From an uncultured Acidobacteriota bacterium (lineage in GTDB: Bacteria > Acidobacteriota > UBA6911): a stretch of 64,000 nucleotides of DNA. A program made the position numbers and the translations under genes. Under the pieces are notes generated by a model. It was not told the origin of the DNA. It did not search any database and saw only the letters and a program-made list of their open reading frames with translations. The DNA is taken from contig CAWHCF010000002.1 in the NCBI GenBank assembly GCA_963827655.1, positions 160,001-224,000 of the forward strand, in the 5' to 3' direction. How positions within the stretch are numbered: the stretch's first letter is position 1; the number at the start of each line of letters is the position of its first letter. Shown in pieces: positions 19,988 to 29,660 of the stretch.

Positions 19988-22213
19988 CTAAGGTAACCCG
20001 CGCAATCGCTCCTGAGCCTCGCGTTTCACTGCTGCATCCTCACTCGAGGCAGCCTTCTTGAAGTGCTCCTTAGCCGCTTGCGTCTTGCCCTGGGCCAGCA
20101 GCGCCACGCCGAGGTAGAGATATGCCTGGGGCAGCTCCGGATTGCCTGCCAGCGCCGCCTCGAGCTGCGTCTGAGCCTCAGCGTAGCGCCGATTGGACAG
20201 CAGGTGAGACGCCAGATACACTCGCGACGAGTGCGCTGCGGGATTGCATTCGATGGCTTTTTCGAAGTGCGAAGCCGCCGCTTCCGCCTCACCCAGGTCC
20301 AGAAGCAACAGCCCGAAATTATGGTGCGCGCCCCAAGACTTAGGGTCGTGTCGCAGTGCTTCCTCGAAGAACGGCCGCGCCTCCCGCAAACGTTTGGTAC
20401 TTGCCAGCGTGATCCCGAGATTGACATATGCGTGCGCGTAGTCGGGCCGCACGCGGATCGCCTCGCGGAACGCCGCCATGGCCTCGTTGTTGGACCCAAG
20501 CCCCAACAAAGCGGTCCCGAGCGAGTTGTGCGCGACCGGAATATCGGCATCGAGCTTGATTGCCTGTTCGAGCACCGCCGCCGCCTCGGCGAATTCTTTG
20601 ATTACCGCAAGCGCCGCTCCCAGGTCCGCGAGCGTTCGCGGATTGTCCGGTTCGAGCGCTCGCGCATGACGCAGTTGCTCGATCGCTGCCCGGGGTTCGC
20701 CCGACTCCAGCAGGGATCGCGCAAATGCGACTCGCACGGTAGCGTTCTGCGGATCCCGTTCGACGGCGACGCGAAACCATCTGGCCGCCTCCCCATACTC
20801 TCTCAGCCGGTGATGCGCTCGCGCGAGCTCGAACCAGGCTTTCGGCGGCGGATTCGCCACCGCCTCGATCGCCGCCTTCAACTGCACAATCCCCATCTCG
20901 GTATCAGTACCTTCCATCACCTGCGCCAAAGCGACGGTCAGTCGCACCTCGTTCGAGGCGGGGAGGCCGGGCGGATAATACGGCACCAGCTCGCCTCGAT
21001 ACGGACCGTGCTGCCTTTCCGGCAACGCCGCCAGCAGTTCTCCGGGCGGTGGACGGCGTGGAATCGCGTGGTCGGTCATCACCACGTGCACCACGTCTTC
21101 GGCACGACGTTTCGGCATGTGACAGGAAATGCACTCCGTGGCTCGAGGATGCTGCTGACGCAATTCCATCTCGGCCATGCGCTGACTGTGGCAGCGCAAA
21201 CACGCCTTGGTGTAGTGTCGAACTGCCTCCTGGCCGCGCACCGCCTGGTGCGGGTTGTGACACGTCGTGCACAGCAGTTTTCCTGCGCTGCCCCGGTAGC
21301 ACTCCGATTGGAGCATTCGATAGCCGGCGCTGTCGATCTCGAACCTCGTCTTCGCCGTGCCGTCCTTCGGCTCGAAGTGAATCGCGTGCGCGCCCGGCGA
21401 CGCGCCGGGCTGAAACCCAAAGGGTCCCCGGCCCGGCATCGGAACCGAATGCGGCATATCCGCCATCGATTGCAGGTGGCACTGCATGCACACGTCGAGC
21501 GCGCGACTGCTGTCCAGCCGCGAGGGATTCACGATGGCTGCACGCATCGCTTCCAGAGCGTCTCCGCTCCGGGCAAGACGAGCGTGCTCGTCCCCCGCGC
21601 CGTGACAGCGCTGGCAGTCGATTCCTTCCGGGAGACCGGCAGGATACACCGGCGGCTCTTCACGACGCCCCTGATCGGCGACCGCCGGATAGGCGTTGTG
21701 ACACGCAATGCATTGGTACGTGATCTCCCGCCGGAAATCCTCGTGGTTCGGCCGATCGTAGCCGGGGCTCATCGCCCACTTGCCGCCGCCTTCGCTGTAC
21801 CAGCCAAGCGGTAACTCGAGCAGCGTCCCCCGCGGAGTCCGGTGGATATAGGTGCGGGCGTGGTTGCCCGAACCCATGACATAGTGGATTTCTTTCTCGA
21901 CGACGTTCACTTCTCTGCCACTGCCGTCGAGTTGATGACGCCGCTGATAGTACCGTCCGTCGCGCTCGATTACGGCGTAGTGGCGATTCGAAGCCGCGTG
22001 ATAGTAGGAGTTGTTCCCCCGAAGTCCCTCGCCCAGCTTATCCGCGGTGGGTCGGTAGAACGACCGGCCCATGCCGGTCTCGAGAAAGCTGCGCGCGATT
22101 GCCGGATGGCATGGGCGGCAGGCAGACACCTGCGCGATGGCGGCGGGAGCGGCGGCAAGCCCGACCGCGAAGGAAGCGTACAGGCAGAGCAGAGGATATT
22201 TTCTTCTTGGCAT
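19988..22213 (-). CDS. Multiheme cytochrome c domain fused to TPR repeats
   Basis: Signal peptide; seven CxxCH motifs (CRPCH, CIACH, CQRCH, CMQCH, CTTCH, CLRCH, CISCH); C-terminal TPR array. Confidence 0.85.
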   Translation of the reverse strand: MPRRKYPLLCLYASFAVGLAAAPAAIAQVSACRPCHPAIARSFLETGMGRSFYRPTADKLGEGLRGNNSYYHAASNRHYAVIERDGRYYQRRHQLDGSGREVNVVEKEIHYVMGSGNHARTYIHRTPRGTLLELPLGWYSEGGGKWAMSPGYDRPNHEDFRREITYQCIACHNAYPAVADQGRREEPPVYPAGLPEGIDCQRCHGAGDEHARLARSGDALEAMRAAIVNPSRLDSSRALDVCMQCHLQSMADMPHSVPMPGRGPFGFQPGASPGAHAIHFEPKDGTAKTRFEIDSAGYRMLQSECYRGSAGKLLCTTCHNPHQAVRGQEAVRHYTKACLRCHSQRMAEMELRQQHPRATECISCHMPKRRAEDVVHVVMTDHAIPRRPPPGELLAALPERQHGPYRGELVPYYPPGLPASNEVRLTVALAQVMEGTDTEMGIVQLKAAIEAVANPPPKAWFELARAHHRLREYGEAARWFRVAVERDPQNATVRVAFARSLLESGEPRAAIEQLRHARALEPDNPRTLADLGAALAVIKEFAEAAAVLEQAIKLDADIPVAHNSLGTALLGLGSNNEAMAAFREAIRVRPDYAHAYVNLGITLASTKRLREARPFFEEALRHDPKSWGAHHNFGLLLLDLGEAEAAASHFEKAIECNPAAHSSRVYLASHLLSNRRYAEAQTQLEAALAGNPELPQAYLYLGVALLAQGKTQAAKEHFKKAASSEDAAVKREAQERLRGLP

Positions 22214-22384
22214 TGCCGATCCGGACGGCCCAGCTTCCTATAAGGTCGGTGGTATGTCAACCTCACGTCGTTCCGTGGATCGGCTGGCGAAGTTCGCAGC
22301 CGGCCGGGCGCCCGGCCCGGCTTTTGTGGCGCGGGTCATCACGGGCCGTTGCAAAACTCAGCTCTACCCTGGAATGCGGCTCAG

Positions 22385-22642
22385 ACACTTTCCGAAGCCT
22401 TCTGTGGCGACGGGTCAATGACCCGTCGCGTGGAGTTCGGACATTTCACGGCACAGAAGCTCAGGTGCCGGTAGCCGGGCCGAAGGCCCGGCAGTAAGTA
22501 GCCACGCCCGTCAGGGCGTAGTTTATGTGCAGATGACATGCGAGGTCCTGACGGGCCTCGGCGGGCTTGATAGCCCGTCCGCACATGTATCGGGTCGTTT
22601 TGCGACAGATGACGCGTCGCCACAGGATGCTCGGAAAGTGTG
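22385..22642. repeat. REPIN/BIME-like composite palindrome
   Basis: CACTTTCCGAAGCCTTCTGTGGCGACGGGTCA at left pairs with TGACGCGTCGCCACAGGATGCTCGGAAAGTG at right; internal hairpins GCCGGGCCGAAGGCCCGGC and CGAGGTCCTGACGGGCCTCG. Confidence 0.7.
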
Positions 22643-22705
22643 CTCGCTTCGTCTGGAGTCCGAGTGCAAACTCGCCTGCCCGTAAGCCTCGGCCTCTCCA
22701 CGGTA

Positions 22706-23728
22706 TTACTTCACCCCCACGACCATCGAATCCGGACCGGCCAGGTGCACGACGCGAGTCTCACGGAAGCCGACTTTTTTCATCCATGCTGAACAGTCGG
22801 CTCCGGTGTAGTCGAAGCCACCCGGCGTTTCGATCAGCATGTTCAAGCTCATCAGCAAACCGAACGCATTTTCTCGCCGATCATCATCGATCAGAGCCTC
22901 GAAAACGATGAAAGATCCTCCCGTTGGCAGTGTTCGATAGGCGGTCTCGATCAAACGCATTTTCTCACTGAGATCCCAGTCGTGGAGGATGTGTCCCATG
23001 ATCAGAACTTCGGCCGATGGAATCGGGTCCTTGAAAAAATCGCCCGGAATGAAGCGCAGACGCTCACTGACACCCATCGCTCTGGCGTAATCTTCGAAAA
23101 TGGGCTGAACAACCGGCAGATCGAAGTTCGCCCCCGCCAGATGCGGGTGCGCCAGCGCAACCTGCACGGCAACGCCGCCCTGTGCGCCTCCGACATCGAT
23201 GAATGTCTTGTACTTGTCCCAGGGGAACAGCGTCGCGATGCCTTTCGCCGCCCCCATACTCAGACCGGTCATGGCCCCGAGAAAAAGGCGTAGCCGCTGG
23301 GGATCGTTATAGATGGTTTCGAATAAGCCTGTACCTCCGCGTTTGATTTCATTCTGAGGTTGCCCCGTGCGCAGCCCTTCAGTAAGCGATCCCCAGAACG
23401 AGTAGAGTCGTTCATTGGCCATTTCCAACATTCCACCGATATACGCTGGGCTGCCGCGCACCAGGAATGCGGCTGTTTCGGCGGTATTCGCGTAGCGGCC
23501 ATCTCTCCGATCCAGGAAGCGCAGGGCCACAAGTGCGTCAAGGAAATCCCGGTAGCTCCGTTCGTGAAGACCCAATCTTCGGGACAGTTCTGCGCCTTCG
23601 AGCGGACCAGCAGCCAGTTCACTAAACAAACCCAGTTCGATGGCACTCAGAAGCGTCTTCGAACCCCAGAATCCGAGACCGATCTGCATGATGTTCGCGG
23701 GCGTGATTTGCGTGGCTTCTTGCGTCAT
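22706..23728 (-). CDS. SAM-dependent O-methyltransferase (Methyltransf_2 with dimerisation domain)
   Basis: [22 protein letters not shown] motifs. Confidence 0.9.
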   Translation of the reverse strand: MTQEATQITPANIMQIGLGFWGSKTLLSAIELGLFSELAAGPLEGAELSRRLGLHERSYRDFLDALVALRFLDRRDGRYANTAETAAFLVRGSPAYIGGMLEMANERLYSFWGSLTEGLRTGQPQNEIKRGGTGLFETIYNDPQRLRLFLGAMTGLSMGAAKGIATLFPWDKYKTFIDVGGAQGGVAVQVALAHPHLAGANFDLPVVQPIFEDYARAMGVSERLRFIPGDFFKDPIPSAEVLIMGHILHDWDLSEKMRLIETAYRTLPTGGSFIVFEALIDDDRRENAFGLLMSLNMLIETPGGFDYTGADCSAWMKKVGFRETRVVHLAGPDSMVVGVK

Positions 23729-23778
23729 GTATCTTCCTCTAATGAATTCTGCATTTCACAATTACGGTGACGTATTCT

Positions 23779-23921
23779 GGAGTGCGGCAGCTTGCTGACG
23801 CCTTGATCCGGCAAAACTTGCTTCGCAAGCATCGCGGCTCTCGATTGCTCCCGAACGACGGAGCTCTCGGGGCAAATGACCGTCGGGTGAGAGTCATTCG
23901 GCCCCTGGGAAGCAAGCTTGC
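23779..23921. repeat. REP-like element (GGAG tetranucleotide plus palindrome)
   Basis: GGAGTGCGGCAGCTTGCTGACGC and downstream GCAAGCTTGC. Confidence 0.45.
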
Positions 23922-24114
23922 AAGCGCACGTCACAGGCCTGGGTGCATACTCGGTCGTCCGGAGGGCGCAGCGTCGTCCCCGGCTAATCTGTTCGCCCCT
24001 TCGAAAGAGGATCGGCGCCTGGTAGAGCCGGGGGCCCAACAAACGGCGTCGAGCCCCCAAACTTCCCTCTCCCGCGATCCGATGGTGCCGGAAGAAGACG
24101 CGGTTATGGGCCAC

Positions 24115-27100
24115 TCAGAACACCAACTTGGCTCCGAGCTGGATGACGCGGGTCGTAACGCCTTGCACGCCGCCGCCCACCGCGCCGAACGTGGCCGACC
24201 GTATATTGCGGTCCACGGTAGCGGGGTCCGGGTTGAAGTGGTTCGTCAGGTTGAAGAATTCGGTCCGGAACTCGAGGTGGCGCCCCTCCGATATCGGGAA
24301 GATCTTGTTGACGGAAAAGTCGCCGGTGGCAATCCCGGGCAGCCGGATCGCGTAGGTGCGAGGCGAAGTGCCGAAGCGGCCGAATGGCGCCTCCGCGAAC
24401 GCGGCGGTGTTGAACCATTTCGTCCACGTGCGCTCGTCGCCTGGCAAGTTGCCATTCTGACCGGATAGCAGGTCGGGGCGCGAGCTGATTCCCGTGCCCG
24501 TCGTGTCCACGTTGTTCGTCACTGGCGCGGGAAAACCGCTCTGGAAGGTTACGATGGTCGAAAGCTGCCAGCCGTCGAGCAACCACCGCGCAGCGCCGCG
24601 CGTATCCTTGAAGAACGGTAACTGGTAGAGCACCGTCTGAACAAAGCGCTGCGTCACGTCGAAACCCGATACCGAACGATCGCCAGCAAGATTGTAGATA
24701 TCCTGCGGGGCGCCGATGAAGTTGCCGCCGCCGACCTGCCCGCCGATGTCGTTCGGTCCGGAGATCGACTTCGACCAGGTATAGGCGGTAAGGAAGACCA
24801 GCCCGCTGCTCATGCGGCGCTCCGCCCTCAGCTGGAGCGCGTGATAGATCGCGTTGCCGACGGATTTGTCGGAACGAACGTTGCGCTGATAGGCCTGATT
24901 TGGACGGCGCGCATTGAGCGAGGGCAAGCCGGGTGTCCGCGGATCGACCAGCTGGATGGGTCGGTTGAGATCCTCGAACGTTACAATCAGCCTGGTACTC
25001 TTCGTGCCGATATAGCCCACATCCATGAGGATCTTGCCCGGGAGGGTCTTCTGCACGTTCAAGTTCCACTGCTGGATATAGGTGTCGCGCAGGTTCTGGT
25101 CATTGCTGACCGCGAAGTTCAGCGCGCCGGTGGTCACGGCCGACGAAAACGGGTCGTTGAAGAAAAGATTGGGCACGCCCGTCGGGTTCCCAATCACGCT
25201 CGCGCCAGCAGTAGCCTGCGCGCCCTCGGCCATCGCGAAGATCGCGTTCGAAATCTGCGGCGTGTAATACCAGCCGTAGGCGCCGCGGACCACGGCGTCG
25301 TTCATGAAAGTTGGACGGTAGGCGAAGCCTACCCGGGGAGCCCAGTTGTTGCGATCCGGCGCGATCAGCCCGCGCCCATAGCTCGAGGTCTCGGGCGTTG
25401 TAATACCCGCGACGACAAAGCCGTTCTGCTCGATGTTCACGAACTTGTCGTCCACCTGCGTGTAGGGCTGGAAGTAGTCGTAGCGTAGACCAAGGTTGAC
25501 TGTAAGCCTGGGAGTTATTTTCCAGTCATCATTGAAATAATAGGATTGCCACCAGTTCCACAGGTCGGTGGACGTGTGAGCCGGATTGATACTCGCGTTT
25601 CGCACATAACCCAGCATGAAATCGGCGAGCGCGCTTCCGGTATAGGTTCCATCGAAACCGAAGCTGCCGCGGGGCGCGCGGGCCTGTTCGAAGGTCACCT
25701 GGCGCCTGACGATATCGGCGCCGAACTTCAGGAAGTGTGTGCCATGCTGCCAGGAGGCAGAATCCACGAACTGAAAGATCTGGTTGGAGCGATCGCGGGG
25801 TCCGATCTGCCGCTGCAGGTCGTACATGCTGAAGGCTCCGTCCGGGCCGTTGATGGTAATGGTCGGCGGCCCATACTCCTGCGGCAGCCGGGATACCAGC
25901 GGAATTCCCATCTTTCCGGCGATGTCGTAAGCGGGATCGTTGGTGGTGCCGAAGATCTCGGTCTCGAAGAACTTGTGCCAGCCGCCACGAAACTCATTTA
26001 TCAGCGTCGGTCCAAAGGTATGGGTCCAGGCGCTCACAAAATTCTGCGAACGGCCCAGGTTGTCGCGCTCGTCGTGGCCCCAGAACGGTACGCCGGCTTC
26101 GTAAGTGTCATTGAAGATATAACGACCCGACAGTGTGTCCGTGCTGGAGAAGATATGATCGATGCGACCGTTGTAGTTGTCCTGTTTCGAGACGGCGCTG
26201 GCGGGAGTGCTGGCGAAGTTCTGGGTCCCTACCTGGGTGTTGGGAAGAGGCATGAACTGGAGAAAAGTCAGCGACTGACTACTCAGCCTCGATGCGGGAA
26301 TGACGTTGTTCGCGATCCCGATGTTGAGCGGGTCGTTCAGCGTAATCGGGGCCCCGGTGCGCGAATTGGTTAGACCCCGGAAATCTCCGGTCCGGATGGC
26401 TGCCGGCGGGATCAAGCGCAGCGAACTGACCGCGCCCTGGGCCAACCGGCCCGATTCCCAGTTGAAGAAGAAGAACGTCTTGTCCGTTCCTCGGTAGAGC
26501 CCAGGAATATAGACCGGCCCGCCGATATTCGCGCCGAACTGATTCCGGTTCAATCGGGGCGGGTCGACGCTCTTGCGGGCGATCGCATCGTAGGCCTGCG
26601 TGAGCGCGTCGTTGCGATTGAACTCCCAGAGGGTCCCGGTGAGCCGATTGCCGCCGCGCTTGGTGAGCATATTGACCTGCCCGCCTGGCGCGCCGCCGGA
26701 CTCCGACGACGAGTTGCCGGTCTCCACCTTGAACTCGGCGAGCGAGTCCACCGACGGCGCAAACGAGTACGTCATCGCGTCGTAGTCCATGAACTCGATA
26801 CCGTCGAGAAGGTAGCGATTGGCGGTGTCGCGCGAGCCATTGGCAGACATGGCTGTGGATCCGAATGGCGCATCCTGCTGGCCGATGGATCCGCGCCCCC
26901 GCCGGACGGTAATGGAGCCCGGCGTGCCGGCCTGAACGCCAGGAATCAGTTGCGCCAGCTGAATAAAGTTGCGTCCGTTGAGAGGCAGGTCGACGATTTT
27001 GCTTCCGTCGATGACCGCGCCCACCGTGGCATTGTCGGTCTGCAGGACCGCCGCGAAAGCCTCGACGTTGATCGTCTCGGCAACGTCGCCGATCCGGAGT

Positions 27101-27417
27101 TGCACATCGACCCGCGCGGTCTGCTGCACCTGCAGGGTGATACGGTCGATCTTCTGCTTCTGAAAGCCAGGGGCAACGGCAGTCACAGAATAATCGCCGG
27201 CAGGCAAGAAGGGGAGCGTGTAGCTGCCCGTCTCGGCGGTCAAGGTTTCGCGGACCGCGTTCGTGGCCAGATTGGTGGCTGTGATCGTCACACCCGCGAC
27301 CACGGCGCCCGTCGGGTCTGTGACGGTGCCGGTTAGAGTCGCGGTGGTCTGCTGGGCGTGCGCCGCGCTTATAAGGATTGCAACTGCGAGAACGGTTCTC
27401 GTGAACGCTTGGAACAT
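24115..27417 (-). CDS. TonB-dependent receptor (Oar-like)
   Basis: 1100 aa, signal peptide, LTGTVTDPTG, LPLNGRNF, NLGLRYD, C-terminal RVIQLGAKLVF. Confidence 0.92.
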   Translation of the reverse strand: MFQAFTRTVLAVAILISAAHAQQTTATLTGTVTDPTGAVVAGVTITATNLATNAVRETLTAETGSYTLPFLPAGDYSVTAVAPGFQKQKIDRITLQVQQTARVDVQLRIGDVAETINVEAFAAVLQTDNATVGAVIDGSKIVDLPLNGRNFIQLAQLIPGVQAGTPGSITVRRGRGSIGQQDAPFGSTAMSANGSRDTANRYLLDGIEFMDYDAMTYSFAPSVDSLAEFKVETGNSSSESGGAPGGQVNMLTKRGGNRLTGTLWEFNRNDALTQAYDAIARKSVDPPRLNRNQFGANIGGPVYIPGLYRGTDKTFFFFNWESGRLAQGAVSSLRLIPPAAIRTGDFRGLTNSRTGAPITLNDPLNIGIANNVIPASRLSSQSLTFLQFMPLPNTQVGTQNFASTPASAVSKQDNYNGRIDHIFSSTDTLSGRYIFNDTYEAGVPFWGHDERDNLGRSQNFVSAWTHTFGPTLINEFRGGWHKFFETEIFGTTNDPAYDIAGKMGIPLVSRLPQEYGPPTITINGPDGAFSMYDLQRQIGPRDRSNQIFQFVDSASWQHGTHFLKFGADIVRRQVTFEQARAPRGSFGFDGTYTGSALADFMLGYVRNASINPAHTSTDLWNWWQSYYFNDDWKITPRLTVNLGLRYDYFQPYTQVDDKFVNIEQNGFVVAGITTPETSSYGRGLIAPDRNNWAPRVGFAYRPTFMNDAVVRGAYGWYYTPQISNAIFAMAEGAQATAGASVIGNPTGVPNLFFNDPFSSAVTTGALNFAVSNDQNLRDTYIQQWNLNVQKTLPGKILMDVGYIGTKSTRLIVTFEDLNRPIQLVDPRTPGLPSLNARRPNQAYQRNVRSDKSVGNAIYHALQLRAERRMSSGLVFLTAYTWSKSISGPNDIGGQVGGGNFIGAPQDIYNLAGDRSVSGFDVTQRFVQTVLYQLPFFKDTRGAARWLLDGWQLSTIVTFQSGFPAPVTNNVDTTGTGISSRPDLLSGQNGNLPGDERTWTKWFNTAAFAEAPFGRFGTSPRTYAIRLPGIATGDFSVNKIFPISEGRHLEFRTEFFNLTNHFNPDPATVDRNIRSATFGAVGGGVQGVTTRVIQLGAKLVF

Positions 27418-27825
27418 AGGTCTCCTCTAATATGACTTGCGACGGGATTCTAGCGCATCGAGGCTTGCGGGTCCGGTCCACTCATTTTCGGAGCTCTGAA
27501 CAAGCCAGTGCGCCCAGGAACTTCACAATGAGCGTACCTGACCCCTTCTATCTTCGATTCTTGATTCTTGCCAGGAAAGTCAGTGTACCATTTCCTGACG
27601 TCCGGTCACGTGATTTTGTCCGGGAGCCTCGGGCCGAGCAGTTCAAACATTTTTGTTACTGGAAAGCTTCGCGAGACGTTTTGGGCAATGTCTATAGCAA
27701 GACCAGGCAGGTAGGGAAGGAGGATTAGAAACCGATTCGGAGGCGCAGATGAGCGAACCCCCCGGATCAGAAGTGCATCACTCCAAACGGAGCTTCATGT
27801 ATTCCGTCACGATATTCTGTAGTTC

Positions 27826-29233
27826 TCAATCGGTGCGCGGCAGCAGGGCTTCTTTCAATACTGCCTCGATTCGCGCCTCCGAGCCGGGTCCCACCCAGCA
27901 CCAGTCCTTCAAGTTCTCGTCGCCTTCATTGAAGGCCCGTTCGATCGGAACATAGCCGGGAGCACACTCCCCATACCCCAATGTCATCACAAACGAATCT
28001 GGCCGGAGCTTCTGTGCCATCAACTGAAACTCCACATACATCTCACCGGGCAACAAGACCAGGTTCGCCGATCCGAAATCAAGGACCGGCACATCAATCG
28101 GGTGGCCGGCCTCCACTCGCTCTCGCCAGCTCAGGCCGAGGGCCGCCAGGCATTGGCCAAACGGCTTCGGATCTGTTCTGAGGCGCGCCTCCAGGTCCGG
28201 CTTGGAGAATCCTGACATCGCTCCGAGGTTCCAACTCCAGCGGTAACGATCGGAACTTAAGGGACGTCAGTGGCTGGCGTCGCGTGTCCTTCCATGCTTG
28301 CGCCATTGCCCGGTAGATTCGGTCCGCCAGGACAGATCGGTTCTCCGGAGCACCGTCATTGTATTTGCCGGCGGTGACATTTCCGCTGCAGCCTGAAACG
28401 TAGATCTGTTTGACATCCCGGTCTTCCTTTTGGCGGCGATCACGGGCCATTCCCATGAAATCGCTCGAAACAGCCCCCTTTCCGTAATAGCTCATGGGAT
28501 GGGTGGCATAGCAGCTCAGTGCGAGCACAGGACGTTCACCGTCCCAGAAGCTGAGGGTCTTGAGCCAGGGGTCGACTGTTCCCTCAGGCTGCGCGCGGAT
28601 CCAGGCATCTCGGGTAGCGCTGGTTCTGTTGAAGAACAGCTTTCCTTCCGGGCCAACGTATCGCCGGTTGGAGGCGACTTTCTCAACTTGCGCTTGTCCT
28701 AGTCCCAAATGAGTCACTCGTCGACTCGCCCGCTGGCCCTCTCGCAGTGCCTGAACCACGCGTTGAACCGCGGTTTCGTGAAACTCCAGATCGCAGATGC
28801 TGCCTGAAGATCTTGATTCGTTCAGAAACCGCTGAGCGGTCAGGTCCGCGATTGGAGCATCGTGCTGGTGAATGCAGCTCAGCAAGACTCGCTCCTTTGA
28901 AGTTCCAGCAGTCTTGGCGAGCACCGTCCGCCAGCGATCATAGGCGTCATTGCGCACTTCGCACCAGTCCAGTGAAACCAGCACGACGGGGAACCCTCCG
29001 CCTCTGAGCACAAACCCATGGGCCAATAACCGATCGTCGATTCGCTGAGCGGGGGTAATACCTCCTCCCATGAGCGCGTGACCGAGAGGCGGCGTAATGT
29101 CAGCCTGAAAAGTCGAAAGCTCATGGGACGCCGCAACCGCGGCTCGGGATGAACCCACGACCGTAACGGCGCATCCTGCCGCCAGTCCTTTCAAGACTTG
29201 ACGGCGAGTCAATCCGCATCGGATCCGCATCAC
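27826..29233 (-). CDS. Tat-exported neutral/alkaline ceramidase-like hydrolase; frameshift near 28218
   Basis: LTRRQVLK Tat motif, ADITPP, CIHQHDAP, YATHP, GCSGNV; C-terminus LPGEMYVEFQL...GYVP in ORF 27826..28218. Confidence 0.65.
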
Positions 29234-29660
29234 GCTCCCCCTTTCACTCAGAAAAACGACTGCGTTGATCCGGTCGCGCGGGAACGCAGCGACGCACTCG
29301 TCGAGAAATCAAACGAGGGCGAGCTCTGACCTGACGAGCGCGCCGAATACGCGCTGGACGTATCGACTGGTACCTCCTGCGAGCTCTTCCGGCGGAGCAT
29401 GCGAACTCGTGAATGAAACATCACCAACTCCCTCGGGCTACGAGGTGGTTCAAGATCATCGTACGATCTCCGAGAATCCAGATTGATGATGACGTTTCTC
29501 AAGTATCGGATGCTACTCCTCAACGTGGAGTTCGACTATCGCGTTCTATCCGTTAGGCACAACCCATAGAGTGCTTGGATCAAGCCGGCGAGGTTGTGGC
29601 GTAAGTGAAGATTTCGGGACGGACGACGTTTGGCGAAGGACATGAGAAAGTCTCATGGGA

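Noticed and set aside
29248-29400. Fragment resembling a small antitoxin-like protein (EKSNEGEL..DERAEY)
   Set aside because: Interrupted, no start codon, too short to call
29545-29565. GTTAGGC integron core-site motif
   Set aside because: No matching inverse core or palindrome nearby
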